Part shown: piece after piece, positions 9,768-19,746 of the stretch
How the letters are laid out: each line of letters begins with the position of its first letter
Numbering within the stretch: the first letter of the stretch is position 1
DNA from: an uncultured Peptococcaceae bacterium
Lineage (GTDB): Bacteria > Bacillota > Dehalobacteriia > UBA4068
Assembly (NCBI GenBank): GCA_964372025.1
Contig: CAYJPF010000001.1
Coordinates: forward strand, 21,696-85,695
Reading direction: 5' to 3'
DNA: 64,000 nucleotides
Made by a program: the position numbers and the translations under genes
Notes under the pieces: generated by a model
Told to the model about the DNA's origin: nothing
The model's database searches: none
What the model saw: the letters and a program-made list of their open reading frames with translations, nothing else

Positions 9768-10865
9768 TTACGCCAATGTAATTTGAGCAGCAATAGCATT
9801 AGTTGCTATTCCAGTTCCCCAAGATTTCATCATTGTAGTTGTTTGTAATAGGTTAGCCATATCAAATTGACCAGTTGTATTTGTCATTGTAGATCCTTCA
9901 ATAACTGCTTTAACAAGTTTTTGAGAACTTGGAGATACAATGTAAATTTTCTTGTCATTTAACGCCATTTTGTATGGAGTTCTAACATCTGGAACTTGTG
10001 GAAGAACCATAGTGTCATATCCCCCAATAGTTTTAAGATAACCAACTTTTACATAATCACTATCAACGAAGTATCTATAGTTAGCATCGTTTGGTATAAT
10101 TTTAGATAGAGCTAATTGAGTACCTACGATAACTGGCTTAGCTCCACCATTCCATGCTCCAACTTTTTGAGCAAAAGATATCATAGTTTCATAGTCATAT
10201 CCTGTAGCTTTTAATTGCTCATTTACTGGTGTAGCTGGAAGTGCTTCCATAGCTGTGTCGAAAGTTGTATAAATATCTCTTGCCATCGCAGTTTCAATTG
10301 AACGAACTGCTTTCATAGCAAATTCAGCAAGACTTTCGTGTCCAGATAATATTCTATATAAAGAAGCTTGAACAGAAATTTCTCTTAATTCTGGGTTGAT
10401 TGTAACTTGACCCACGAATTGTTTCTTTAATTCTGTCATTCTTCTTGCTCTTCCATGTTTGGATACAACAAATAGATCTCTAGGTTTTACATCGAAACTA
10501 GCATTGTCTCCAAAGCCTATATTTCTTACTTCTGTATAAAGACCTGTAGATTCTATTATAGAATCTGGAAGTATCATATCTATCATAGCCCCAACAACTG
10601 CGAAAGTTGCCCATACAGTTTGAGGGTTCATTGCGAACACTTCAGGAGCTAGATTTGTATCATTTTTAATTCCTGAAACTCTTTCAATTTCTTTTAAAAG
10701 ACCAGCATTTAGTCTTTTTTCTTTTTCATCAAGACTTACAGTGTTATCAAAACTAACTTTTGCATCATGAAAAGTAGCTTTATATTGATTAAAATAATCT
10801 TTAAATTGCTCGTAAATGTTAACATTTTCACCAGCAAATAGTTTTATTTGATTTGAGATTGCCAT
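9768..10865 (-). CDS. major capsid protein candidate
   Basis: 365 aa with a strong RBS. Its size and its position after the scaffold-like gene and before the head-tail genes fit a capsid protein. No motif-level proof. Confidence 0.4.
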   Translation of the reverse strand: MAISNQIKLFAGENVNIYEQFKDYFNQYKATFHDAKVSFDNTVSLDEKEKRLNAGLLKEIERVSGIKNDTNLAPEVFAMNPQTVWATFAVVGAMIDMILPDSIIESTGLYTEVRNIGFGDNASFDVKPRDLFVVSKHGRARRMTELKKQFVGQVTINPELREISVQASLYRILSGHESLAEFAMKAVRSIETAMARDIYTTFDTAMEALPATPVNEQLKATGYDYETMISFAQKVGAWNGGAKPVIVGTQLALSKIIPNDANYRYFVDSDYVKVGYLKTIGGYDTMVLPQVPDVRTPYKMALNDKKIYIVSPSSQKLVKAVIEGSTMTNTTGQFDMANLLQTTTMMKSWGTGIATNAIAAQITLA

Positions 10866-10896
10866 TTTATTTCCTCCTTATAATTATTCGTATTAA

Positions 10897-11454
10897 TTAG
10901 TTAGCTACTACTTCAAAAGTGAAAGCAGGAACTCTTTGGTTTGCACCTATTTGAGAGCCATCAGTAATAGAAATGTAAGTTTCTCTTACTAGCTTCATTG
11001 AGAATGCATCAGCAGTTTGAACATCAGCCCAAGTTAATCCCATACTTCCATCTGTAGCATTTACATATGCACTTACTCCAGCAGTATAAGTTCCTAAAAG
11101 AACTGCTCCACCAGTAAGAGTGATTAAATCTCCAACCACTGGTTTAAAACCACTGAATACTTGATTAGCATCTATTGCAAAATCACGAACATCAGGATTT
11201 AGTCCTTTATAATACTTTTTATCTCCAGCTTTAGTCATAACTACTTCTGGTTCAGCAGACATCCATACGCCTAAAAGTCCACCAGTTGCTGGAGCTTCAA
11301 TTGTAAATACTTCTTCTTCATCAGCAGTTGTGCTTATAGCACCTGGTTTAAAGATCATTCCATTTTCTACTTCAGCAGTATGAACAAAACTTCTGTTTAG
11401 TGCATCTATATTCATAGCACTAACTAGTGTTTGAATTAAAACATTTTTTGCCAT
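10897..11454 (-). CDS. hypothetical head-module protein
   Basis: 185-aa Gly/Ala/Thr-rich ORF lying between the scaffold-like and capsid genes. Confidence 0.35.
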   Translation of the reverse strand: MAKNVLIQTLVSAMNIDALNRSFVHTAEVENGMIFKPGAISTTADEEEVFTIEAPATGGLLGVWMSAEPEVVMTKAGDKKYYKGLNPDVRDFAIDANQVFSGFKPVVGDLITLTGGAVLLGTYTAGVSAYVNATDGSMGLTWADVQTADAFSMKLVRETYISITDGSQIGANQRVPAFTFEVVAN

Positions 11455-11475
11455 TTTTTATTTCCTCCTTAAAAT

Positions 11476-13284
11476 TTAGTCCCAAAGACCTTTTGGTTTG
11501 TTTACATCGTTATTTTCTTTTTCAAATGGTAGTGCGATCGCTTTGACATCTGCATTAGTCTCAATCCCTGTTGAGAATACAAATGCTTTTGCATATATTG
11601 CATTCTTCCAATTGTCAATATCATTTAAGCTGAAAGTTTCAGCATCAGCTTTCCAAGAATCTAATTCTTCTTGTGGTACAACAGAACATTTTAATTGAAC
11701 ATCTGCTAATGTTGATAGTACAATTGCATCTTTCTTTTCTTTTTCAACGTTGGCTTTAAATTCAAGTAATGACTCTATGTTTGTTTTTAACTCTTCATTT
11801 TCTTTTTTGAATACAGCATATTCGGCTTTCATTTCATCTAATGACATCATAGCATCTTCTTTGTCATCATCATCATCTTTGCCTTCATCATCATCTTTGC
11901 CTTCATCATCATCTTCCATTTTTTCTACTGGCTTTTCATCTTTTTTTTCATCTTCGAAAGCTTCTCCATCTTTCTTTTCTGCGTCTTTTCCGTCTTCAGT
12001 AGAAAATTCTGTCGCTGGAACTTCAGCCTCTATGACTTTTGTTTCTTTTTCTAGCATTTTCAATAATCCTCCTATATCAGCATATTCATTAAGAGAAAAA
12101 TCTTCAGTCCATGTAAGTCTAACTTCAACCTTGCTATTCATATCAATAGAAATCTCTTTGTTATTCACAGTATAGTTTATTTTAAAGTGATCACATCCAT
12201 TCCAATTATAAATAATTACATATTCATCAGAATAATCATTTATATAAAAATCTTCAAAATATTCAGACAACGCTTCATACATCAATTCTCTTTTTTCACT
12301 ATCTAGCAAAGTGTCAAACTCTTTCACATCCATATCCATCTCTCCTTCCTGTAATTTTGTTTCAGTATTTTCTTTATTTTCAAATTCAGTAGACATACTA
12401 ATATTGGGAGTTTGAATTTCTTCATATAAACTATAAAGCCATTCTTTTCCTTCTAGTCCCCCAGATAGCATATAATTGATATACTCTTTGGTAGGTGGTT
12501 CAGTAAATTCTAACTCTGATATTTTCTTTGGAAAATACTTATGGTAATGTTTTACCTTGGTTTCACTTATTGTCTCATTATTTAATATATAATTAGCAAA
12601 TGATAATAGAATAGAGTTCGCTCCTAATTCATATTCTTTTTTCAATTCGAGAGCATACTCTACTGTATTTTTGACATCACTTGGGATATCCCATTTTTTT
12701 TCTTTAGCATAATGATATTGTTCATATGCTTTTGTTCCTACCTTTACCATTTTATCAGTAGAGAACTTAGTTATTTTAATATTGGCTCCTGGACACGCAG
12801 CAGTTCTACTTAGTCCTAAAACAGTGACTCCCATAAAACAAAAAGAACTTATCCATTCTTGCTCTTCAATAATTTCTGTTTCAAGTATCAATATTTCCAT
12901 TGATACTTCCCTATAATTATCTTGAACGAAAACATCATAAGCCCATTCAGCGTATACTTTAGAAACAATAGCATTGGCAACTAAATAGTTTTTACCATTT
13001 TCTTCCTCAAGTCTAACATCATTGTCTTTTGGGAAAAATCCAAGTATTAATTGGTCTTTCCCTTCGTGACCCATAAAGTCATTATCTTCAAACCCTGCGA
13101 CTAGAAATTTGTTATAAAGGGTAATGATTGATTCTTCTACTGCTTCTGTCTTTATTGGAAAGTTGTGTAGATTTTGACCATCGCAGCAGACCCAAATTTC
13201 TGCAATTGCCAATTGTTCATCAGAAACTTCTTCTAATAATTTAATTCTATCAATTGACAATTTTAATTTTGTTTCACTCATCAC
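11476..13284 (-). CDS. head morphogenesis / scaffold-like protein (possible protease-scaffold fusion)
   Basis: 602 aa. The C-terminal third carries an acidic low-complexity stretch (KDDDEGKDDDEGKDDDDDKED, from an 18-bp repeat) plus coiled coil. The N-terminal domain has His (MGHEG) and Ser (REVSMEI) residues reminiscent of HK97-type prohead proteases. Confidence 0.3.
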   Translation of the reverse strand: MMSETKLKLSIDRIKLLEEVSDEQLAIAEIWVCCDGQNLHNFPIKTEAVEESIITLYNKFLVAGFEDNDFMGHEGKDQLILGFFPKDNDVRLEEENGKNYLVANAIVSKVYAEWAYDVFVQDNYREVSMEILILETEIIEEQEWISSFCFMGVTVLGLSRTAACPGANIKITKFSTDKMVKVGTKAYEQYHYAKEKKWDIPSDVKNTVEYALELKKEYELGANSILLSFANYILNNETISETKVKHYHKYFPKKISELEFTEPPTKEYINYMLSGGLEGKEWLYSLYEEIQTPNISMSTEFENKENTETKLQEGEMDMDVKEFDTLLDSEKRELMYEALSEYFEDFYINDYSDEYVIIYNWNGCDHFKINYTVNNKEISIDMNSKVEVRLTWTEDFSLNEYADIGGLLKMLEKETKVIEAEVPATEFSTEDGKDAEKKDGEAFEDEKKDEKPVEKMEDDDEGKDDDEGKDDDDDKEDAMMSLDEMKAEYAVFKKENEELKTNIESLLEFKANVEKEKKDAIVLSTLADVQLKCSVVPQEELDSWKADAETFSLNDIDNWKNAIYAKAFVFSTGIETNADVKAIALPFEKENNDVNKPKGLWD

Positions 13285-13466
13285 TCATCTCCTTTCTTGT
13301 AAATTTCAATTAATTTTATAGTTTTATCAGATTGTGCATATATATAATTGCCATGTTTGTCTTTTGATAAAATGGGAATACCTTTCCCTATTAAATATTC
13401 TCCAATATCTTTATCTACAACAATTATATTATCTTTATTTAATTTATTATAATTACATACAAACAC
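13281..13466 (-). CDS. hypothetical small protein
   Basis: 61-aa ORF whose end overlaps the next gene start. Confidence 0.3.
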   Translation of the reverse strand: MFVCNYNKLNKDNIIVVDKDIGEYLIGKGIPILSKDKHGNYIYAQSDKTIKLIEIYKKGDE

Positions 13467-13468
13467 AA

Positions 13469-14002
13469 TTAGTATTCTCGCTTAATTAGTTTTGTAAATT
13501 TAGGGAAATCTTTGTCAAAATTTTGCACACCTGAGTGAACACTGTATTGAAGTGCCTTTTCTTTCCATATTATGGCTTGTTTAATATATAATGTAAGATC
13601 AGTATATACTTCTTCTAAAGATATTTTGATTCTTATATCTCTATTTTCTTCTGCAATCTCAATTGCCTCTACAATTAATCCATCTAAATCTTTGCTTAAG
13701 AATTCTAAAATATCATCAAAACAATCAATGAAATTCGTATAAGATTGTTCAAATCCATCCACAGGCAAACGCACAGGTCTAGCGTTATTGTATTTTTGTA
13801 AATCATTAAATTTATCTGCATATAGTGGCAACCAATGAGCATATGAGTGATGCACAATATCACTTGTAATTACCATATTAAAATTAACATCTAAATTATA
13901 TACAATATTATCTGCCATTGCATTTCCATTAAAGCAAGCTTGAACTATTTTGTCAATTGCACTTTTTGTTTCATCTGAAATCAAAGCCTTTATTTCTGCC
14001 AT
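13469..14002 (-). CDS. hypothetical protein
   Basis: 177-aa ORF between the portal and scaffold-like genes. Confidence 0.4.
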   Translation of the reverse strand: MAEIKALISDETKSAIDKIVQACFNGNAMADNIVYNLDVNFNMVITSDIVHHSYAHWLPLYADKFNDLQKYNNARPVRLPVDGFEQSYTNFIDCFDDILEFLSKDLDGLIVEAIEIAEENRDIRIKISLEEVYTDLTLYIKQAIIWKEKALQYSVHSGVQNFDKDFPKFTKLIKREY

Positions 14003-14013
14003 TTAGTCACCTC

Positions 14014-15591
14014 CTACTCTTGTATATTATTGCTTCTTTCTGAAGCTCCACTATCTGTTAACTGAGATGTATCTGATTTTGGTCTACCACCCTCGTTTCC
14101 TGTTGCACTATCAGTATATATATTCAACATAGGCATCAAATTATCTGCAAATTTAGAAGCCTTTGCTTTTTCCATTTGTTTTTCTAAATGATGAGGATAC
14201 ATATCTAATGAAAATGCCAATCTATCAGGAAGGACAACTCCTATAGCTGATAATTCAACGAATTCTTTTCTTCTGTCTTTGATATCTTCTGTAGTATTTA
14301 TTCCACCCAACTTGATTTTAAATTTAAAATCTTTGGTCAAACTATTTATTTGATAGTTTAAGAAATCTTCAAAATATGCATACATATAAGATAATGTCAT
14401 AACATCTACATCTAAAGATAATTGAGTCTCCATTATATTTGGCTTGTCTGATGTAAATATCAATCTCGAATTTACGCCCGATAATGACGTTGTTGTTCTA
14501 GCATAGTCCTCCAGCATATTTCTAGTACTGCCCTCAAAGTCCAATGTTTTTATATCTTCAAAAGGAGCTGCTCCTGTCTTAATAACATCTCCAATTCCTT
14601 TCTTTATCAGATTTAAGAACTTTCCAGCAGTAACATCAGAAATACCAATCATATCTTTCATATGACCGCCTTTGGCATCTTTAATCATTGGTATTAAACC
14701 AACCATAACTTTGGTTGCCTCAATCATATATTTGTTAGTTTGCAAATTTCTAATCAATGGTTGTAACACCACATCTTGAAATAATGGTGCTAAAAAAGGT
14801 ATGTTTGTCACTAATTCAGGTGTTAACTTCCAAGCCCAAAATCCATCCAATGGCGAAGTTTGAGTCCACAATGTCCAATTTCCATTTCTATTTTGAGCAG
14901 ACGATGCAGGTTTATAATTTCCTTCATTGTCATACATTACCCTATTGTACATTTCTTTAAATACATCAGGATACATATTTATATCTACTCCAGAATTTAA
15001 AAACCAATACATATTAAAATCAAACAACAGTCCATAAGACCATCTTCCTGTAATTTTGCAATACTTACTAGGCAATTCTTGGAGTGTGTATTTATCTCCT
15101 TCATTCCTTATAACCCAAAATGAAGAATCTTTACGCAATAATTCCCTCATTACTTTTGAGAATTCTTGTTTTATATCAAATTTATCTAAAAAATCACATA
15201 GGATAGCATAATCTTTTTTATATTTACTACTATTATAATCTTTAGCTTGAGCATTTTTGCATATTATATCTTTTACAGAGAAAGATAATAAATGTGCTAG
15301 GTAATAAAGCATTCTTTTATATATCATTGAAGTTAATTCAAAGAATTCTGAATACCCGATTAATTTTTCTTCATTGTTTTTCGGATCAGCCAAAGCTCTT
15401 TCAATTTCTTCTTTTGTTCCTTTTAAGGGATTGAGGTTGACATCTTGCATTTTTGCATTTATCAAATCTGGTGTAAATACATTTGGGTATCCACCATTAT
15501 ATGCTTGACGTGCAAATTCTAAGACATCAAATAGTTGTTCTTCTGTGATATTATCAGCATTTTGTTTATTTTTTTTGTTATATCCAGCCAT
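14014..15591 (-). CDS. portal protein candidate
   Basis: 525-aa ORF immediately downstream of the terminase large subunit, the usual portal position and size. Confidence 0.45.
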   Translation of the reverse strand: MAGYNKKNKQNADNITEEQLFDVLEFARQAYNGGYPNVFTPDLINAKMQDVNLNPLKGTKEEIERALADPKNNEEKLIGYSEFFELTSMIYKRMLYYLAHLLSFSVKDIICKNAQAKDYNSSKYKKDYAILCDFLDKFDIKQEFSKVMRELLRKDSSFWVIRNEGDKYTLQELPSKYCKITGRWSYGLLFDFNMYWFLNSGVDINMYPDVFKEMYNRVMYDNEGNYKPASSAQNRNGNWTLWTQTSPLDGFWAWKLTPELVTNIPFLAPLFQDVVLQPLIRNLQTNKYMIEATKVMVGLIPMIKDAKGGHMKDMIGISDVTAGKFLNLIKKGIGDVIKTGAAPFEDIKTLDFEGSTRNMLEDYARTTTSLSGVNSRLIFTSDKPNIMETQLSLDVDVMTLSYMYAYFEDFLNYQINSLTKDFKFKIKLGGINTTEDIKDRRKEFVELSAIGVVLPDRLAFSLDMYPHHLEKQMEKAKASKFADNLMPMLNIYTDSATGNEGGRPKSDTSQLTDSGASERSNNIQE

Positions 15592-15611
15592 CTATACTCC
15601 TTTCTATAAAA

Positions 15612-18557
15612 TTAAAATAACATTGCATATCCTTCAAGTAATTTAAAATCATCTTCTAATGTTCTCTTAGGATTTATAACGTTATCTCTTCTTATTGTAT
15701 GTAATGCATATCCTAACATTGCCATGCAATAGGCACGGTCATCATGCATCTTATTTTCTTTATCAGGGGACAAATCGTATCTGTATCCACCATTTGTTCC
15801 ATCAAATCTATATATATTTACTAATTCTTCTTTTAAAAAATCTATTTGTACAAAAGCATCTTTTTCATCTTGTGAAAGCATATGAATCTCTTCTTTATCA
15901 TTATCTGTTATAAAAAATTCTTTGCCATCATACTCTAATGGGAAAGATATCAAATCTAAACTAAGCATTTCAATCAACGCATCGTACATTACTGTTTTAT
16001 ATTTTTTTGGAGACAGCAATTTTAATTTATCAATTGCGTCTGGGAAATTATATAATTCTTCCTTGCTTTCCTCAGAATCTATAAGTCCTCTATGAAAATT
16101 ACCTGATGCATCATACCAATCTTCCATAAGATAATCAGCAATTGTAACTCCGCCTCCTCCTGAACCAGAATCTATAGATAAAGAATGTATATTTTCATAA
16201 TCGGCTGACATTTTGCCATTATAATCCAACATCATTTTCTTTATATAGTCAATTTGTTCTGGAGTTCTAATTGGAGTTCTTTTCTTCTTCATAATATCTG
16301 AGAAAGAAACGCAATTAATAATATCCATTTTATATCCAACATTTTCATCTAAATATATTTTTCCGACAAGCACTATGGAGTTATCATAGCTACGAGCTGG
16401 GTCGAAAGCCAATACAAATAAGCTTCTATCATCATTGTAAAATATTGGCAAGTACTTGTGCGAATTTCTCACGATCATTGCCCTTTTAATAGGCTGTGAA
16501 TCTCCTCCATCTTTAGTAAATATATTTTTGTACTCCCTCATAGCTTTTTCGGGATTTTGTCTCATTGCTAAATCAATTGTCTCTTGATCTATAAGAGGCG
16601 TTACGGGCTTTCCTTTCATTGTAGGGGCAAGTACCATATCGCAATTTATATCTGCAACAAAATAATTCGGATTCCCCATAAACATTTGCATTGAATATTC
16701 TTTATACATTGCGAAAAAATGTGTATCAACAGAAGATGCTGATGATGCAAGTATTCTTTGATTTGGTAAACTTTTAGGAGCTAATAAATTTGCAACTTGA
16801 TCTTCTTCAGATCCATATTTTGCTGAAGCATTTTGTGTTAAGAATGGCTCAGTTGCAATAAACAATTCATTTGGAGTAAATCCAGATTCATCGTAAAAAT
16901 TTAAATTAGAACGTATTCCTCTCAATCTATCATAAGCTCCCGATAAAGAGGTGATTTCTGATCCATTAAATAATTCGCAAGAATATCTTCCGTCTTTATG
17001 TGTAAACCCATCACTCTGAGAATTGCTACGCACTAATTCCATCGCAAATATATCTGTGCCACCAGTTATACTAGTGATCTCTTTTTTTGCAGTTTTTTCT
17101 ATCTTTTTAAATGTCTCCTGAGATTGACTTGCAGTCGATGCTAACAAATATGTTTTGTGACTTGGAAACAACATTGATTTAGCCATTATAAATGGAGCTG
17201 ACAGGAACGAATTATGTGTAACGGTGTGTTTTCCGCCACATATAAATAGTCCAGTGTTGTTGCCAACTGTGATGCATCTCATAGGTTTCTTAATTTTTGT
17301 TTTCCTTACGTCTACGATTGCTTTTGTCTGAGATATATCTGAAGATTTGTCTAATAACCTATCATATTTTCTTTTAAGTTTAAAAACTGCCATTTCTTTA
17401 CTTGCTGAAAAGTGAATTATATAAGTAAAAGCTTTTGTGCCATCTTTTTTTACATAGTTTATATTTTCTTTTTTTGTTATATTATTTTTTATTCCTAACG
17501 AAGATAATAATTGAGAAACTTGACTTATCAAATTATAATTAGTTTGGGAAAAACTACATCTTCCACTTTTATCAACATACCCATCACTATCCATAAGCCC
17601 TTGCAATAACTCTAGTCTTTGCTCTACAGAAGCATATAGATATTCATTTGGAATATGTTTGTTTTTGTATAAGTTCATTTCTCTGATTTTATTTAAAAAT
17701 GATCTTTTTTTCGAGCTCATTTTCGAACATCCATTTTCTTTAAAATCTTTTTCAAGGTCAAAAATAAATAAAAAACAATTATTTCTACTTTTATCTTTTT
17801 TTGTCTTAAAATAAGAAATTTTATTCTTAGTATTTTCAATCAAATCAGAAATATCGCTTTCAGCACATGTGATGTGAGAAGCACTACTAGTCCCATCTCC
17901 TAACCAATATCCTAGTATATATGGATCGATCTGCAAATTGTGTGATTTAGCATATTGAAGAGGTTTGCACAAAGGAATATGGAATCTATATTCTTTATTT
18001 CCATCTGTTCTTTCTATTAAAAATTTGCTATATAAAAAATCTGTATTTCTCAAACATGTCTGTCTTTCTCTTCTTTGCATAAATGACTTATCATAAACAG
18101 ACCATAAATGACTAGAATTTGCCTCAATTACTTCTCCATCTTCAAATTCAACTTCATAAACTTCTTCAAAGATAATAGGATTCAAATGTATGACTTCTGT
18201 TAATTTTCCATCATCGCCAAATATCTTATCTCCTATTTTTAATTCTCCAATTGTTTTTGTTACATTGTATCTATTTTCTTTTTCTCCTCTGTCTTTTGTC
18301 GAGACGTATACTTTGGTATCAAGAGTGACCGCTTTACCAGCCGATCTGTTCATTGCCCATAGACAAAAGGGAGTTCCCCAACTATTCATGAATACATATT
18401 TTTGAAAATCCATCAGATATATTCCAAAAAAATGTTCTACAAAACTAATTGGATTCTTTCTGCCCCATTGTATAATTTCACACCATTTTAAATATGCCTC
18501 ATATTTTCTTGTTGACATCTCGGTAGGAGTTTGTTTTATTATAATATTAGAATTCAT
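15612..18557 (-). CDS. terminase large subunit containing a LAGLIDADG intein in the Walker A motif
   Basis: The N-extein ends ..AMNRSAGK and the C-extein begins SFLSAPF.. Splicing restores the P-loop GKS. The intein has block A (AVTLDTKV), block B (EANSSHLW), two LAGLIDADG motifs (ILGYWLGDGT, LLQGLMDSDGYV) and a terminal HN followed by Ser+1. Confidence 0.7.
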   Translation of the reverse strand: MNSNIIIKQTPTEMSTRKYEAYLKWCEIIQWGRKNPISFVEHFFGIYLMDFQKYVFMNSWGTPFCLWAMNRSAGKAVTLDTKVYVSTKDRGEKENRYNVTKTIGELKIGDKIFGDDGKLTEVIHLNPIIFEEVYEVEFEDGEVIEANSSHLWSVYDKSFMQRRERQTCLRNTDFLYSKFLIERTDGNKEYRFHIPLCKPLQYAKSHNLQIDPYILGYWLGDGTSSASHITCAESDISDLIENTKNKISYFKTKKDKSRNNCFLFIFDLEKDFKENGCSKMSSKKRSFLNKIREMNLYKNKHIPNEYLYASVEQRLELLQGLMDSDGYVDKSGRCSFSQTNYNLISQVSQLLSSLGIKNNITKKENINYVKKDGTKAFTYIIHFSASKEMAVFKLKRKYDRLLDKSSDISQTKAIVDVRKTKIKKPMRCITVGNNTGLFICGGKHTVTHNSFLSAPFIMAKSMLFPSHKTYLLASTASQSQETFKKIEKTAKKEITSITGGTDIFAMELVRSNSQSDGFTHKDGRYSCELFNGSEITSLSGAYDRLRGIRSNLNFYDESGFTPNELFIATEPFLTQNASAKYGSEEDQVANLLAPKSLPNQRILASSASSVDTHFFAMYKEYSMQMFMGNPNYFVADINCDMVLAPTMKGKPVTPLIDQETIDLAMRQNPEKAMREYKNIFTKDGGDSQPIKRAMIVRNSHKYLPIFYNDDRSLFVLAFDPARSYDNSIVLVGKIYLDENVGYKMDIINCVSFSDIMKKKRTPIRTPEQIDYIKKMMLDYNGKMSADYENIHSLSIDSGSGGGGVTIADYLMEDWYDASGNFHRGLIDSEESKEELYNFPDAIDKLKLLSPKKYKTVMYDALIEMLSLDLISFPLEYDGKEFFITDNDKEEIHMLSQDEKDAFVQIDFLKEELVNIYRFDGTNGGYRYDLSPDKENKMHDDRAYCMAMLGYALHTIRRDNVINPKRTLEDDFKLLEGYAMLF
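17211..18332 (-). mobile_element. intein (about 374 aa) with LAGLIDADG homing-endonuclease domain, inside the terminase large subunit
   Basis: Boundaries were mapped at codon level: Ala1 at 18332-18330 directly after GK, and the HN terminus at 17216-17211 followed by Ser. The Ala1 start resembles KlbA-type inteins. Confidence 0.6.
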
Positions 18558-19669
18558 CAGCCAGTATTCCCACCTAACTTAACAATTTCTTGTTTTAAAT
18601 ATTCATTTTCTTCTTTTGATAGCCTTAAATTTTCTTCTAATGATTTGTTGCTTTTATCTAAAGACATCATTTTTTCTCTTTGTTCTTTCAGCATTGTTGC
18701 ATAGTCATTCTCATCAAACATAAGTTGAGATGCTATACTTTTATTGCTTATTTCGGCTATTTTTATGAAAGCTTCTGATGTTTTTATATCAAAAAAGTTT
18801 TCATCAACTGGCTTTATTTTCTTTTCTCTGAGCTCTTTTAATTTTCCAGATAAAGTATCTGATCCTTTTGTACTTCCATCTTGTTTACTTGAAGTAAGAC
18901 GATTTTCCTTTGCAAATGACATTATTTGCATAGTAAGCATTTTTTTTATTTCCATCAATTGTTTTAGCTTCCCACTTTGAGACTCTAAATTTACTGTATC
19001 TTTAGTCAAATTACTTATAACATTATTCATAATGTCTAATTGGGAAAACATCTTTGTAACCTCAATTACAGCAGATAATTTAAAACTGTCTCCTACTGTA
19101 CTCTCATCTAAATAATTCAATATAGTATTATATAAAAATGGTCTTTCGTCTGCATTAGAATCGGCAAAAGGGTCGTACTTAATCAATTCAATTACTTCAT
19201 TCATATTTTCTAAATCTTTAGCGTCGAGGACTTTGAATTCCTCTTGTGTTAAAGAATTCTTAACTTTCATCGTCTGTACTGCCGAATTAGAGAAATCCTT
19301 ATTAGAATATTGTGGCAATGAATTTATTTTTTGTATATATAATTTAATTACACTTGTATTCAAAGTGTCTTTTTGTTCTACTAGAGATTTTGCTAGAACT
19401 TCATCGTAATACATATCTAACATCTGACATATTTTAAATACAGAAAATTTTTCATCATCGTATTTCAATACAAGGCTATCATATAAATCAACAATGCATT
19501 TTTTACATATCCATAATTTATTATCATTACCTTTGGTTAGCATACTATAACTATTGTAAAAAGATAATATAACATAGCTTTTCCCACAATATGTGCAATA
19601 ATAATCTTTACTTCTCTTTTCTCTTGTTTTTTCTTCAATTGTTTCACTCATTTGTCTCGTCACTCCCAT
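18557..19669 (-). CDS. hypothetical protein with CxxC zinc-finger-like motifs and a coiled coil (terminase small subunit candidate)
   Basis: 370-aa ORF whose stop overlaps the terminase start. It carries CTYCG...CKKC and a C-terminal coiled coil. Confidence 0.25.
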   Translation of the reverse strand: MGVTRQMSETIEEKTREKRSKDYYCTYCGKSYVILSFYNSYSMLTKGNDNKLWICKKCIVDLYDSLVLKYDDEKFSVFKICQMLDMYYDEVLAKSLVEQKDTLNTSVIKLYIQKINSLPQYSNKDFSNSAVQTMKVKNSLTQEEFKVLDAKDLENMNEVIELIKYDPFADSNADERPFLYNTILNYLDESTVGDSFKLSAVIEVTKMFSQLDIMNNVISNLTKDTVNLESQSGKLKQLMEIKKMLTMQIMSFAKENRLTSSKQDGSTKGSDTLSGKLKELREKKIKPVDENFFDIKTSEAFIKIAEISNKSIASQLMFDENDYATMLKEQREKMMSLDKSNKSLEENLRLSKEENEYLKQEIVKLGGNTG

Positions 19670-19746
19670 CTATCTCAATTTTCATTTATAATTCTTAAAA
19701 AAGAGTACACTTTTTATAAATGTACTCTTTTTGAAAAATTATATTA

